Shown here: piece after piece, positions 17,655-29,979 of the stretch | Layout of the letters: every line of letters starts with the position of its first letter | Numbering within the stretch: position 1 is the first letter of the stretch | Assembly (NCBI GenBank): GCA_002269645.1 | Contig: NIVC01001022.1 | Span: forward strand, 248,001 to 312,000 | Length of the DNA stretch: 64,000 bases | Origin: Macrostomum lignano | Lineage: Eukaryota | Direction: 5' to 3' | Notes under the pieces: generated by a model | Databases searched by the model: none | Told to the model about the DNA's origin: nothing | Seen by the model: the letters and a program-made list of their open reading frames with translations, nothing else | Made by a program: the position numbers and the translations under genes

Positions 17655-17797
17655 ACCGGGCACCGGCGGTATTGGCATTGGCGCAGGGTCTGCTAGTGAA
17701 TAGCTGCTTGAAAGAAGTAGTTCCAGGTAGAAAAAAGCGCTATCTGTCGCCGACAGAAATGCAAGACCTTGAAGAGCTAGTGTTTGTGCATAGCTAA
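17655..17797 (+). pseudogene. Possible hAT transposase C-terminal remnant
   Basis: AVLALAQG / SASE (frameshifted) ... KKRYLS..ELVFVHS resembles the hAT dimerisation motif; short and degenerate. Confidence 0.3.
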
Positions 17798-18003
17798 GAT
17801 GAAAATGTAGGCAGTAAACTAATACATTAGTATAGGCGTTTTTTCTCTAAAACATAAAAATTCTCAGAATTTACATTCCGACACCAAGTTGACTACTTTT
17901 GTTCCACTGGATAGTAGCATAGGTTGAATCGATTTTTGTACTACTGTATTATGATAAAACTACATTATTGAATCTAATTAGTAAGTAATTTGCAAGTTCA
18001 TAA

Positions 18004-19780
18004 CAACAACAACAACAACAACAAAATACGCTGTCATGATGGTAAAAGTCAGCGTCACAGGGCGCGCTTCATGGCTTGGGCGCGAACAAAGGCCGCGCCA
18101 CCGGCAGTGTCCGGGGCGCCGGCGTCAGCCAGCAGACAGTCGACATAACGCCGAGTTCGCGCTTGACCTCGCCGGTAGGGTGCCTGCAGCGTGAGCAGCA
18201 GCACCTCCTGCACCGGCTGTGGGCAGTACGACTCGGCGCGGATGAGATGGCCTGCGAGCTGGAGTCGCCGACGGCGCAGTAGATCACTTGGACGTGGCAG
18301 GCCAGCGCGGCGATAGAGTGCCGCGTTGGTGACTCGCTCGACGCCGATGTTGAAGGCGGCGCGCAGCAGACCAGCGTGCGCCGCATCGACTTGCTGTTCG
18401 AGTGAGTCCGTCAGCGTCCAGGTCTCGGCGTTGTACAGCAGGACGGTCTCGATTACCGCCTGGAACAGCGCCGCCCTCTGGCGGTCCGGTAGGGCCTCGG
18501 ACTGCAGTACTGCCCTCACAGAACGAAAGGCAGCCCAGGCAAGCCCGCGGCGGCGTCGCAGGTCCTCGCGAGCGTCTGGAACCCGACCGCCGAGGTAGAC
18601 GAACTGCTGACATCGCGGGAGTTCGGTCGCCTGCCCGTCAGCGCCTCGGCAAAATATTGCAGCCTCGATGTCGTCCGGCACGCAGAGCACAACGGTCTTC
18701 TGCGTGTTGACCACCAGGCCGACACTCGCCGCAACGGCAACTAGCCTGTCCAGCTGCCGTTGGGCGCCCTCGACGGTCGAGGACAGCAGGGCGAGGTCGT
18801 CGGCGTAGCCAAGCACGCTGAGCCGCTTCTCCGGTTGACGTCGACCCACGCGTCGCTGCAGCAGGAAACCGTCGTCGTCGGTAGGAAGAGCAGTCCGCAG
18901 CACCCAGTCAAGCACCAGGACGAACAGGAACGGCGCCAGCGTATCTCCCTGAAGCACTCCGGAGGATGTCTCAAAGGAGTCCGATAGGCCGTCCGGTGTT
19001 GTCACAGCAGCTGTCGTATCACGGTACATCGCCATGACGGCGGAGATCAGCTGCTCAGGCACGTTGTACGCGCGGAGCACCATTGGAAGCACGGCTCTGA
19101 CAACCGAGTCGAATGCCTTCTTGAAATCAATAAAGATTAAAATCAGTATCGACTGACGAATCCGCGCCTCCTCGATGACTCGGCGAAGAGCCAGGATCTG
19201 CGCCACTGTGCCGCGATGGGGCCGGAACCCGTTCTGCTCTGGGCGCAGGTACGGATCCAGCACGGACTGCAACCGCGAAAGCAGCATCCGGTTGAACAGC
19301 TTCGCTGCACAGGACTGAAGGCAGATGCCTCGATGGTCTTCAAGCCTAGTGGTGCCCAGCTTCTTTGGAACAGCGACGATGTGCGCCGTGGTCCATTCGT
19401 TGGGCGCCGCCTCACCGAAGAGCACGCGGTTCATCACTCTGGCGACCTCAGCGGCCACACAGGGGATGCGCATCGCCTCGATGGGCACCTCGTCCGGACC
19501 CAGCGCTTTCCCGCCCGGTGACTGCTGGGCGAGCTTGACAACGTCGGCTGCGTTGACTGGGGCTACGCTGAAACTCTCCTCTGCCGGCAGCGGCGTCTCC
19601 GGCGGCAGCGTCAGACTGTCTGGCAGCGGGGGTGGCGGCGCGTTGACGATGGCGGCGAAGAACTCGCGCAGCTCGTTCCTACGCTCGTCCGGAGTGTCAC
19701 CAGCCAGGTTCAGCGGATTTCGCCGCTTTCGTCCCGTCAGAGCGTTGATGGCGGACCAGGCCACGTTCATAAACAATAAA
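18004..19780 (-). mobile_element. 5'-truncated RTE-clade non-LTR retrotransposon (RT only; open frame 19764-18055)
   Basis: RT motifs (HRGICL, PEQNGFR, IDFKKAFDSV, QGDTLAPFLF, YADD, YLG); very short 3' UTR and (GTT)n tail; TSD caagttcataa at 17993-18003 and 19781-19791; GC-rich relative to flanks. Confidence 0.9.
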
Positions 19781-19914
19781 CAAGTTCATAAACAATAAGT
19801 ATTATCGCCCTATTGACTATCGACTTAAATAAATTTTTAATAGGTAGTTAAAGCGCGGGTTAAAGTCTCAATTGTAATTAAAAGAGTAAAAAATCAGTAG
19901 TTGACGGGGTCATT

Positions 19915-20590
19915 TGGGAGTTGAAGTGAGGGGTCAAATGGGAGTTAAAGAGTGGGGTCAAATGAGAGTTAAAGAGTGGGGTCAAATGAGAGTTGAAGAG
20001 TGGGGTCAAATGAGAGTTGAAGAGTGGGGTCAAATGGGGGTTAAGGAGATGTGTCAAATGGGAGTTGAAGAGTGGGGTCAAATGGGAGTTAAGGAGATGT
20101 GTCAAATGGGAGTTGAAGAGTGGGGTCAAATGGGAGTTAAGGAGATGTGTCAAATGAAAGTTGAAGAGTGGGGTCAAATGGGAGTTAAGGAGATGTGTCA
20201 AATGGGAGTTGAAGAGTGGGGTCAAATGGGGGTTAAGGAGATGTGTCAAATGGGAGTTGAAGAGTGGGGTCAAATGGGAGTTAAGGAGATGTGTCAAATG
20301 GGAGTTGAAGAGTGGGGTCAAATGGGAGTTAAGGAGATGTGTCAAATGGGAGTTGAAGAGTGGGGTCAAATGGGAGTTAAGGAGATGTGTCAAATGGGAG
20401 TTGAAGTGAGGGGTCAAATGGGAGTTGAAGAGTGGGGTCAAATGGGAGTTTAAGTGAGGGGTCAAATGAGAGTTGAAGAGTGGGGTCAAATGGGAGTTTA
20501 AATGAGGGGTCAAATGGGAGTTAAGGGGATGTGTCAAATTGGAGTTGAAGTGAGGGGTCAAATGGGAGTTGAAGAGAGTCAAATGAGAGT
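19915..20590 (+). repeat. 24-bp minisatellite with two alternating variants (48-bp dimer)
   Basis: ggagttgaagagtggggtcaaatg / ggagttaaggagatgtgtcaaatg. Confidence 0.95.
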
Positions 20591-21501
20591 TAGGGGGGGG
20601 GGTCACAGTTAAAGAGGGGTCGAATAAGGAAATTCTTGGGAACTTAATTTGATAAAAATTTAATGGCTCTATAAAAGTTTAGTTGTAACGCAACAATTCA
20701 TTCAGATAAAAGTAAAACAGAAGTTGATTGCAGTTTAAACCACTGAAATATTTAAAGAATATGGATATGAAATTTAATCCTACCAGATGCTCCAGCACTG
20801 CTTTCAGTACTGTATTCCTGTTATATACGCAATTTATACATATAGTGTATGCTGGGCTTGAAGCGAACTTGCACCGTGTAGGCGGGCATTGGGTTGGCTG
20901 GCCGCATGAGTTGGACGAGCGCGTGCCACACAGGTCGTGCGAGTGTGCCTGTCTGAGTACACTGGGCCATGGCTTCCCCACCGCTAATCATGTCGTCCAG
21001 AGCCTGTCTTTCTCACTATGCTCATCTGCTAGCGATTGCCCTTCGTGTTGCTCTCTCTCTCTCTCTCTCTCTCTCCACTCCCGCTCTTGCACTCTTGGCC
21101 TATAAGCTCTGTCTCCCTTCTCTCTCCCCCTCGCCCTGTTTCCCAAACTCACTCCAAGCGTACACGGAAAGTCCTTTCCCAGGGAAGTATATATTTGAAA
21201 TCGTGTGGGCAATTCCTTCTGATATTGTTGGGCTGGTAGATAGAGGATTAGGAAAATCTCTTAACTATTTAATTTATCTGAGTTTTTATTTAGCTATCTT
21301 ATCTCTTAGGCGGTATAATGTACACTGGTCGTTCTCTTTAAATACTCGAATACTCGGTTATGTAGCAGTACTGTCAAACCACTTGTATTTGTAAAGAACA
21401 TTAAGCTCCTTGTCTCAACAATATTCTAAGCGATTATTTAAAGCATGCTAACTAACAGAGTCAGCTCAGTAGGTTAATATTGATTGCGAACCCAACTGGT
21501 C

Positions 21502-21565
21502 ATGCTGACCTTTCTTAATTTGGCCCAGTTTCTGTTGCCATCCGCTCTGCAAGCTGGTCTGGAGG
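21502..21565 (+). CDS. DMD: Putative dystrophin first coding exon ([21 protein letters not shown])
   Basis: ATG at 21502, open to a strong donor GAGG|gtgagt. Ends in phase 1, matching the next exon. No homology support. Confidence 0.5.
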
Positions 21566-23406
21566 GTGAGTTCCTAACGACAGCAATGATAATTTATCTA
21601 TAAACTTGTTTAATATCGACTTTTTGTTTCAGTTTTTTATTAGCCATTTTTTATTATATTTTTCAAATTCGTTTTACAAGCTAAACCAGTAGAACTAGGC
21701 GTATATTGTTTGTTAATATAGGATTAGTAGATATGATTAATTGAAATCTGACTAGCTCCTACGAGTACAGATCAAGTCTAGCATGCCATGTAGTGTTTTT
21801 AATAGAAATTTTTTTCACGCCTAACTAGACATTGCTTTCGAATCTATCAATCAGTTTTGCTGAATAATATAAGTGTCATCAAGCAACGCTTTACTCGTAT
21901 TTAGCGCAAACTTATTTACCTTTTCCAATTAGTGTGCGCTTGAACGTGTTTAAATGCGCGATCGAGGCGCGTCGCCACCGGGGAGACAGGGGGGACATGT
22001 CCTCCTCCAGTAAAAGCTTTCGGGGGGACATGCCAATGTTTTGTCCCCCACCCACTTTGTGACCCGTTATGGTAATCAATAATTTTTCTTCAGGCGCCAA
22101 AATATAGCGCTATCGGTGCCAAAATAAGTGTCTCTGGCGCCAATATGAGTGTCTTCGGCGCCAAAATAAGTGTCTGTGGCGCCAAAATAAGTGCCTGCGG
22201 CGCCAAAATGAGTGCCTGCGGCGCCAAAATGAGTGCCTGCAGCGCCACAATGAGTGCCTGCGGCGCTAAAATAAGTGCCTGCGGCGCTAAAATGAGTGTC
22301 TGCGGCGCCAAAACGAGTGCCTGCAGCGCCAAAATGAGCGCCTGCAGCGCCAAAATGAGTGTCCGCGGCGCCAAAATGAGTGCCTGCGGCGCCAAAATGA
22401 GTGCCTGCGGCGCCAAAATAAGTGCCTGCGGCGCCAAAATGAGTGTCTGCGGCGCCAAAATGAGTGCCTGCGGCGCCAAAATAAGTGCCTGCGGCGCCAA
22501 AATGAGTGCCTGCGGCGCCAAAATGAGTGCCTGCGGCGCCAAAATAAGTGCCTGCGGCGCCAAAATGATTGGTGACAACACGATTCTCAAAATAATGGAA
22601 ATGTAGGAATTTAGTCATTTACATGTTGAATTCTTGGCTTTGTCCCCCCACAATAAAATCCATGGCGACGCCCCTGGCGCGATTGATATTAATTTTGATG
22701 TGCAGGAATAAGTATTCGAAATATCAGTTGAATGTGAAGAGGAATTGTCAATTTCATTCAACTGCCTCTGTCTTTCTGCTTGTTCTGTCCTCTGGCGACA
22801 CTCTTGAAGTTTTACTGATCCAATCATAGAAATCAAGACGTGTTATTAAATAAATGATGAATCAGGCGTTTTTAGTGTTCTTTTTTTACCGTCTATTTTT
22901 GTGCAATCAGCGATTTGCTATTTTTTACTCAAGCTGCGAGCTATTTGTGTCGTGCTTTATGAATAATGTTTCAAAAATTCAATTAAAGAAAGTTTCTAAT
23001 ATCGAAAATTTTTGTTCAAAACCCATTTCAGAGCAGAGCTTGGAGACGCAAAAGAAGGTGCTTACCAGATGGATTAATTATCAATTGACGAAGGTGAGAC
23101 GATAAACAGTTTTGAAACTTCTGAAGTGTGAAGGCGCTTTGCTTACGAATTAAACAGTTATTTAGTTAGTTATTTAGTTAGTTATTTAGTTACTTAGTTA
23201 GTTAGTTAGCTAGCTAGCTAGTTAGTTAGTTAGTTAGTTAGTTAGCTAGCTAGCTAGTTAGTTAGTTAGTTAGCTAGCTAGCTAGTTAGTTAGTTAGTTA
23301 GTTGGTTAGTTAATTAGTTAGTTAGTTATTTAGTTAGTTATTTAGTTACTTAGTTAGTTAGCTAGCTAGCTAGTTAGTTAGTTAGCTAGTTAGTTAGTTA
23401 GTTAGC

Positions 23407-23437
<31 letters not shown>

Positions 23438-24042
23438 CCAGTTAGTTAGTTAGTTAGTTAGCTAGTTAGTTAGTTAGTTAGTTAGTTAGCCAGTTAGTTA
23501 GTTAGTTAGTTAGTTAGTCAGTTAGTTAGTTAGTTTGTCAGTTAGTTAGTTAGTCCGTTAGTTAGTCAGTTAGTTATTTAGTTAGTTAGTTAGTTAGTTA
23601 GTTAGCTAGCTAGCTAGTTAGTTAGTTAGTTAGTTAGCTAGCTAGCTAGTTAGTTAGTTAGTTAGTTGGTTAGTTAATTAGTTAGTTAGTTATTTAGTTA
23701 GTTATTTAGTTACTTAGTTAGTTAGCTAGCTAGCTAGTTAGTTAGTTAGTTAGTTAGCTAGCTAGCTAGTTAGTTAGTTAGTTAGTTGGTTAGTTAATTA
23801 GTTAGTTAGTTATTTAGTTAGTTATTTAGTTACTTAGTTAGTTAGTTAGCTAGCTAGCTAGTTAGTTAGTTAGTTAGTTAGCTAGCTAGCTAGTTAGTTA
23901 GTTAGTTAGCTAGCTAGCTAGTTAGTTAGTTAGTTAGTTGGTTAGTTAATTAGTTAGTTAGTTATTTAGTTAGTTATTTAGTTACTTAGTTAGTTAGCTA
24001 GCTAGCTAGTTAGTTAGTTAGCTAGTTAGTTAGTTAGTTAGC

Positions 24043-24073
<31 letters not shown>

Positions 24074-24542
24074 CCAGTTAGTTAGTTAGTTAGTTAGCTA
24101 GTTAGTTAGTTAGTTAGCTAGTTAGTCAGTTAGTTAGTTAGTTAGCCAGTTAGTTAGTTAGTTAGTTAGTTAGTCAGTTAGTTAGTTAGTTTGTCAGTTA
24201 GTTAGTTAGTCCGTTAGTTAGTCAGTTAGTTATTTATTTAGTTAGTTAGTTAGTTAGTTAGCTAGCTAGCTAGTTAGTTAGTTAGTTAGCTAGCTAGCTA
24301 GCTAGTTAGTTAGTTAGTTGGTTAGTTAATTAGTTAGTTAGTTATTTAGTTAGTTATTTAGTTACTTAGTTAGTTAGCTAGCTAGCTAGTTAGTTAGTTA
24401 GTTAGTTAGCTAGCTAGCTAGTTAGTTAGTTAGTTAGTTGGTTAGTTAATTAGTTAGTTAGTTATTTAGTTAGTTATTTAGTTACTTAGTTAGTTAGCTA
24501 GCTAGCTAGTTAGTTAGCTAGCTAGTTAGTTAGTTAGTTAGC

Positions 24543-24573
<31 letters not shown>

Positions 24574-24618
24574 CCAGTTAGTTAGTTAGTTAGTTAGCTA
24601 GTTAGTTAGTTAGTTAGC

Positions 24619-24649
<31 letters not shown>

Positions 24650-25114
24650 CCAGTTAGTTAGTTAGTTAGTTAGTTAGTCAGTTAGTTAGTTAGTTTGTCA
24701 GTTAGTTAGTTAGTCCGTTAGTTAGTCAGTTAGTTATTTAGTTAGTTAGTTAGTTAGTTAGTTAGCTAGCTAGCTAGTTAGTTAGTTAGTTAGTTAGCTA
24801 GCTAGCTAGTTAGTTAGTTAGTTAGTTGGTTAGTTAATTAGTTAGTTAGTTATTTAGTTAGTTATTTAGTTACTTAGTTAGTTAGTTAGCTAGCTAGCTA
24901 GTTAGTTAGTTAGTTAGTTAGCTAGCTAGCTAGTTAGTTAGTTAGTTAGTTGGTTAGTTAATTAGTTAGTTAGTTATTTAGTTAGTTATTTAGTTACTTA
25001 GTTAGTTAGCTAGCTAGCTAGCTAGTTAGTTAGTTAGTTAGCTAGTTAGTTAGTTAGTTAGTTAGTTAGCCAGTTAGTTAGTTAGTTAGTTAGCTAGTTG
25101 GTTAGTTAGTTAGC

Positions 25115-25145
<31 letters not shown>

Positions 25146-25418
25146 CCAGTTAGTTAGTTAGTTAGTTAGTTAGTCAGTTAGTTAGTTAGTTTGTCAGTTA
25201 GTTAGTTAGTCCGTTAGTTAGTCAGTTAGTTATTTAGTTAGTTAGTTAGTTAGTTAGCTAGCTAGCTAGTTAGTTAGTTAGTTAGTTAGCTAGCTAGCTA
25301 GTTAGTTAGTTAGTTAGTTGGTTAGTTAATTAGTTAGTTAGTTATTTAGTTAGTTATTTAGTTACTTAGTTAGTTAGCTAGCTAGTTAGTTAGTTAGCTA
25401 GTTAGTTAGTTAGTTAGC

Positions 25419-25449
<31 letters not shown>

Positions 25450-25494
25450 CCAGTTAGTTAGTTAGTTAGTTAGCTAGTTAGTTAGTTAGTTAGC

Positions 25495-25529
<35 letters not shown>

Positions 25530-25607
25530 CCAGTTAGTTAGTTAGTTAGTTAGTTAGTCAGTTAGTTAGTTAGTTTGTCAGTTAGTTAGTTAGTCCGTTA
25601 GTTAGTC

Positions 25608-25650
<43 letters not shown>

Positions 25651-25667
25651 CAGTTAGTTAGTTAGTC

Positions 25668-25718
<51 letters not shown>

Positions 25719-27106
25719 CAGTTAGTTAGTTAGTCAGTTAGTTAGTTAGTTAGTTAGTTAGTTACTCAGTTACTCAGTTAGTCAGTTGGTGAGTCAGTTA
25801 TTCTCATTTCACTCACTGATGCAATTGCAGGGATTTGAAGACCCAGACAGCCGACTCCAAGTGGCGGACCTGTACACCGACCTCAGAGACGGCACAAAAT
25901 TATTCTGTTTAGTTTGCTACCTGACCGCTAATCCCGTACCGGAAGCTGGTCGGGTAGCTTCATCAACCGAATCAGATGCTCGCCGCCTAATCGAGCGCAG
26001 CAAACAGCTGGTGCAGGATAATTTCCGAGTCGATCTGAGTAGGCTGGACACTGACCAGGTGGTGCAGGGCAGGCCGAAGGCTACTTTAGGCCTGGTGTGG
26101 ACTGTGCTGCAAGCTTGGTACAGCGACGACTCTGAGAGCTCCCTATTGGAGTGGTGCCAAGAGCGCTGCAGAGGCTACGCTGGGGTGCACATCGCCAACC
26201 TGACTGTCAGCTGGAAGGACGGACTCGGATTTCTTGCCATCCTGCACTCGGCACGGTCCCATCTGCTTGCATTCAATGAGCGATTGAAGAAGCCGCCTGC
26301 GGATAACTTGGCATTGGCTTTTCATTTGGCTAAAACTGAGTTCGGCGTGCCCACTCTGCTGGATGTTGATGGTGAGTGTGCCAACAATCTTAGGATTGTA
26401 GGATTACACTTGAACATAAAAGTTGATCGATCGCACGGAGCTTGACCTTGACCGCTTGACCTTAAATATCCTCCAATGAATAGTTGCTAGGCTGTTTATC
26501 TCGAAGATCTAAGCTCAAGTGAAACTTAAATAACCCAAAACTCCTTCTATTCTTGGCAAAAATGACCTTAATTACGCTCGTAACCCCAAACTGTTTCTAT
26601 TCTGGACTGAATTTGACCTTAATAAACCCAAAACTGTTTCTATTTTTGACCGAATTTGACCTTAAATAACCCCTAAAATGTTTGAGAGAGTCCAAAACTC
26701 CTTTATTCTACGGATTTATAATTTCAATTGACCTTAAATGAGCCCAAAAAAGTTCATAGAAGATTTTTAGACTCCATTTAATTAACGTACAATGTGCTCC
26801 AAAATCTGTGGAAAATGATCCAAAAAATTTTAATAAATCTTAAGTATCGTTTCCCTAATCCTTTTTTCCCGCCAGATCTCCTGCTGTCGCCAACGCCTGA
26901 CAAAAAGTCAGTGTCAGTCTACCTGTTGCTGATGCGCGAGAATGTCTTCGCCAGCGAGAACCAGTCCCCGCCGGAGTCGCCCCTGTCGGCCGAAACTGCC
27001 GGCACCGCCGCTGCTGCCGCTGCTGAGGACCACCTGGAAAAACCAGCTGAAGAGACTCGCAAGTCAATGGTAAGTCTTGTACTTTTATTTGCTGATTGTC
27101 TGCTTA

Positions 27107-27171
<65 letters not shown>

Positions 27172-27299
27172 GTCTGTCTGTCTGTCTGTGTCTGTCTGTC
27201 TGTCTGTCTGTCTGTCAGTCTGTCTGTCTGTCTGTCTGTCTGTGTCTGTCTGTCTGTCTGTGTCTGTCTGTCTGTCTCTGTCTGTCTGTCTGTCTGTCA

Positions 27300-27381
<82 letters not shown>

Positions 27382-27384
27382 TAG

Positions 27385-27475
<91 letters not shown>

Positions 27476-27508
27476 GTCTGTCTGTCTGTCTGTCTCTGTC
27501 TGTCTGTC

Positions 27509-27539
<31 letters not shown>

Positions 27540-27546
27540 TTCTGCC

Positions 27547-27603
<57 letters not shown>

Positions 27604-27626
27604 GCCTGTCTGTCTGTCTGTCTGTC

Positions 27627-27663
<37 letters not shown>

Positions 27664-29803
27664 GTCTTTTTCTGTGTCTGTCTCTGTCTGCCTGTATTTA
27701 TATGAATATGCCAGATTTAAATATATGCATATTGTACCTGTATGCAATAATTAAAACTCACATTGTTTTCATTCTTATGTCTGTTTCTCGCTATCTACGA
27801 GTACCTGTGATAACAAAAAACTTGTTTCTTTGCCCCCACTTCCTGTTATGCATATTTTGTGTTGTTGGAAGTGGTCTCAGCGACTTATTGGATTAGAATA
27901 ACTCTTTATTTTAGCCGTAATTAAATTGGGAAAAGCTTTTTAATTGTTTAAATCTAGGCTTGAAGGACAACACGCTGAATAGTCAGATCTTTGAGCTGTG
28001 CTCTGGAAAAAATAGTTATTTACGTTTTCCTTTTCCTGTTTGCTTTCTGTCAACTGGGGCTTGTTTTTCTCTGTTAGCCTTATTATAGCGCTTGTCCATT
28101 TACTAGTATAGGAACTGGACTCTTCAATTAAATAGCGTCATGAGAACCTTGTAGAATTTCTGTTCTCTCGAATGTGTCGAGCGTGTCAAGAAGTGCAGGC
28201 CTGCACTTTCCTCGCATAGTCTCTGCAGTTCTTGTTTGATTAAAAAGACGTGCCCGTCTGATAGTGTCCATTTTACTAATTCTGGCTAGCATTCTGAAGC
28301 ATGACTTGAGTGCTTGTTAGACTGTACTTCCACAATTTACCAGATTGTACATCATCATTCTTTCTAATGCTATCTATTGCAATAATAAGTGTTCTAAGGA
28401 TTGCGATTGGTTCAAACGTGATTTATTACGTATGTTATAAGGTGACACTTGTGAACGCTTGTGAAGTAAGAGCTTGGTGGAGCCCCTGAGCGGTAGCGGT
28501 CGATGCCAGTTCTCGGAATACATGCACTTATGTATTGCTATGATATTTGTTCTTTTCCTCTGTCCTCATTTCTTTCTATCCTCTTTGTCTTTTCTTTTTT
28601 TGTCCTTCTTATCTCCGCTCTCTTCCCCCTTTTTGCTCTCCTCCTCCCTAGATCCGCTCTCCACCTACTTATCTCCGCTTTCTCCCTCCCTCTCCCGCTC
28701 TCTCCCTCTCCGCTCTCTCCCTCTCCCGCTCTCTCCCTCTTCGCTCTCTCCCTCTCCGCTCTCTCCCTCTCCGCTCTCTCCCTCTCCCGCTCTCTCCCTC
28801 TTCGCTCTCTCCCTCTCCCCTCTCTCCCTCTCCCGCTCTCTCCCTCTCCGCTCTCTTTCCCGCTCTCTCCCTCTCCGCTCTCTCCCTCTCCGCTCTCTTC
28901 CTCTTCGCTCTCTCCCTCTCCGCTCTCTCCCTCTCCGCTCTCTTTCCCGCTCTCTCCCTCTCCGCTTTCTTCCTCTCCGCTCTCTTCCTCTTCGCTCTCT
29001 CGCTCTTCGCTCTCTCCCTCTCCGCTCTCTCCCTCTCCGCTCTCTTCCTCTCCGCTCTCTTCCTCTCCGCTCTCTTCCTCTCCGCTCTCTCCATCTCCGC
29101 TCTCTCCCTCTCCGCTCTCTTTCCCGCTCTCTCCCTCTCCGCTCTCTTTCCCGCTTTCTCCCTCTCCCGCTCTCTCCCTCTCCCGCTCTCTCCCTCTCCC
29201 GCTCTCTCCCTCTCCGCTCTCTCCCTCTCGGCTCTCTTCCTCTTCGCTCTCTCCCTCTCCGCTCTCTCCCTCTCCGCTCTCTTTTCCGCTCTCTCCGTCT
29301 CCCGCTCTCTCCCTCTCTTCCGTGTCTTCCTCCCTCGTCTTCTCTCTCTTCTCCACCCTCTCCCTCTTTGTCCTCAGCTATCCCCTTTCTCTCCCCGTCA
29401 CCTAACTCGTATGTGAATTTACTTTAAAAACTCGGATCCCTTATCCATTTTTAGCTTCATAATATAAATATTCGCCTAAATTTTGAAAATCGTCGAAAGT
29501 GTAAAAAAACCTTCTTGCCCGTTTTTTCATAAAGTTACGAAGCGAAGAAAAATTGCTGTAGATTTTTCTGGCCAAAGCTTCCTGCCTTAGCTAAAGAGAA
29601 AATTTTAGTTCTTGTTTGCTCTTCCTGTTTGCTTGAACAACATGTTAGTTTAAGTTAGTTGGGGCCTGCCTGTACTGGTAACTACTCACTTTCATCTTCT
29701 GCGTACTCTTCCTTCGTTGGAGTCTCTTCTTTTTTCATGTTGTCGCTCAGCACTTCATAAATTATGCTAATGTGTGTGCGAATGCGTGTGGAAACGAGTT
29801 TAA

Positions 29804-29853
<50 letters not shown>

Positions 29854-29902
29854 GAAAATTTGATTGTTAGCTAGTCAGGCGCAACACACACGCACACACA
29901 CA

Positions 29903-29979
<77 letters not shown>

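Noticed and set aside
20906-20933. Another phase-1 first exon (MSWTSACHT)
   Set aside because: The donor gtcgtg is weak and there is no other support.
23155-25790. Interstitial telomere
   Set aside because: The unit is TTAG (4 bp), not TTAGG or TTAGGG.
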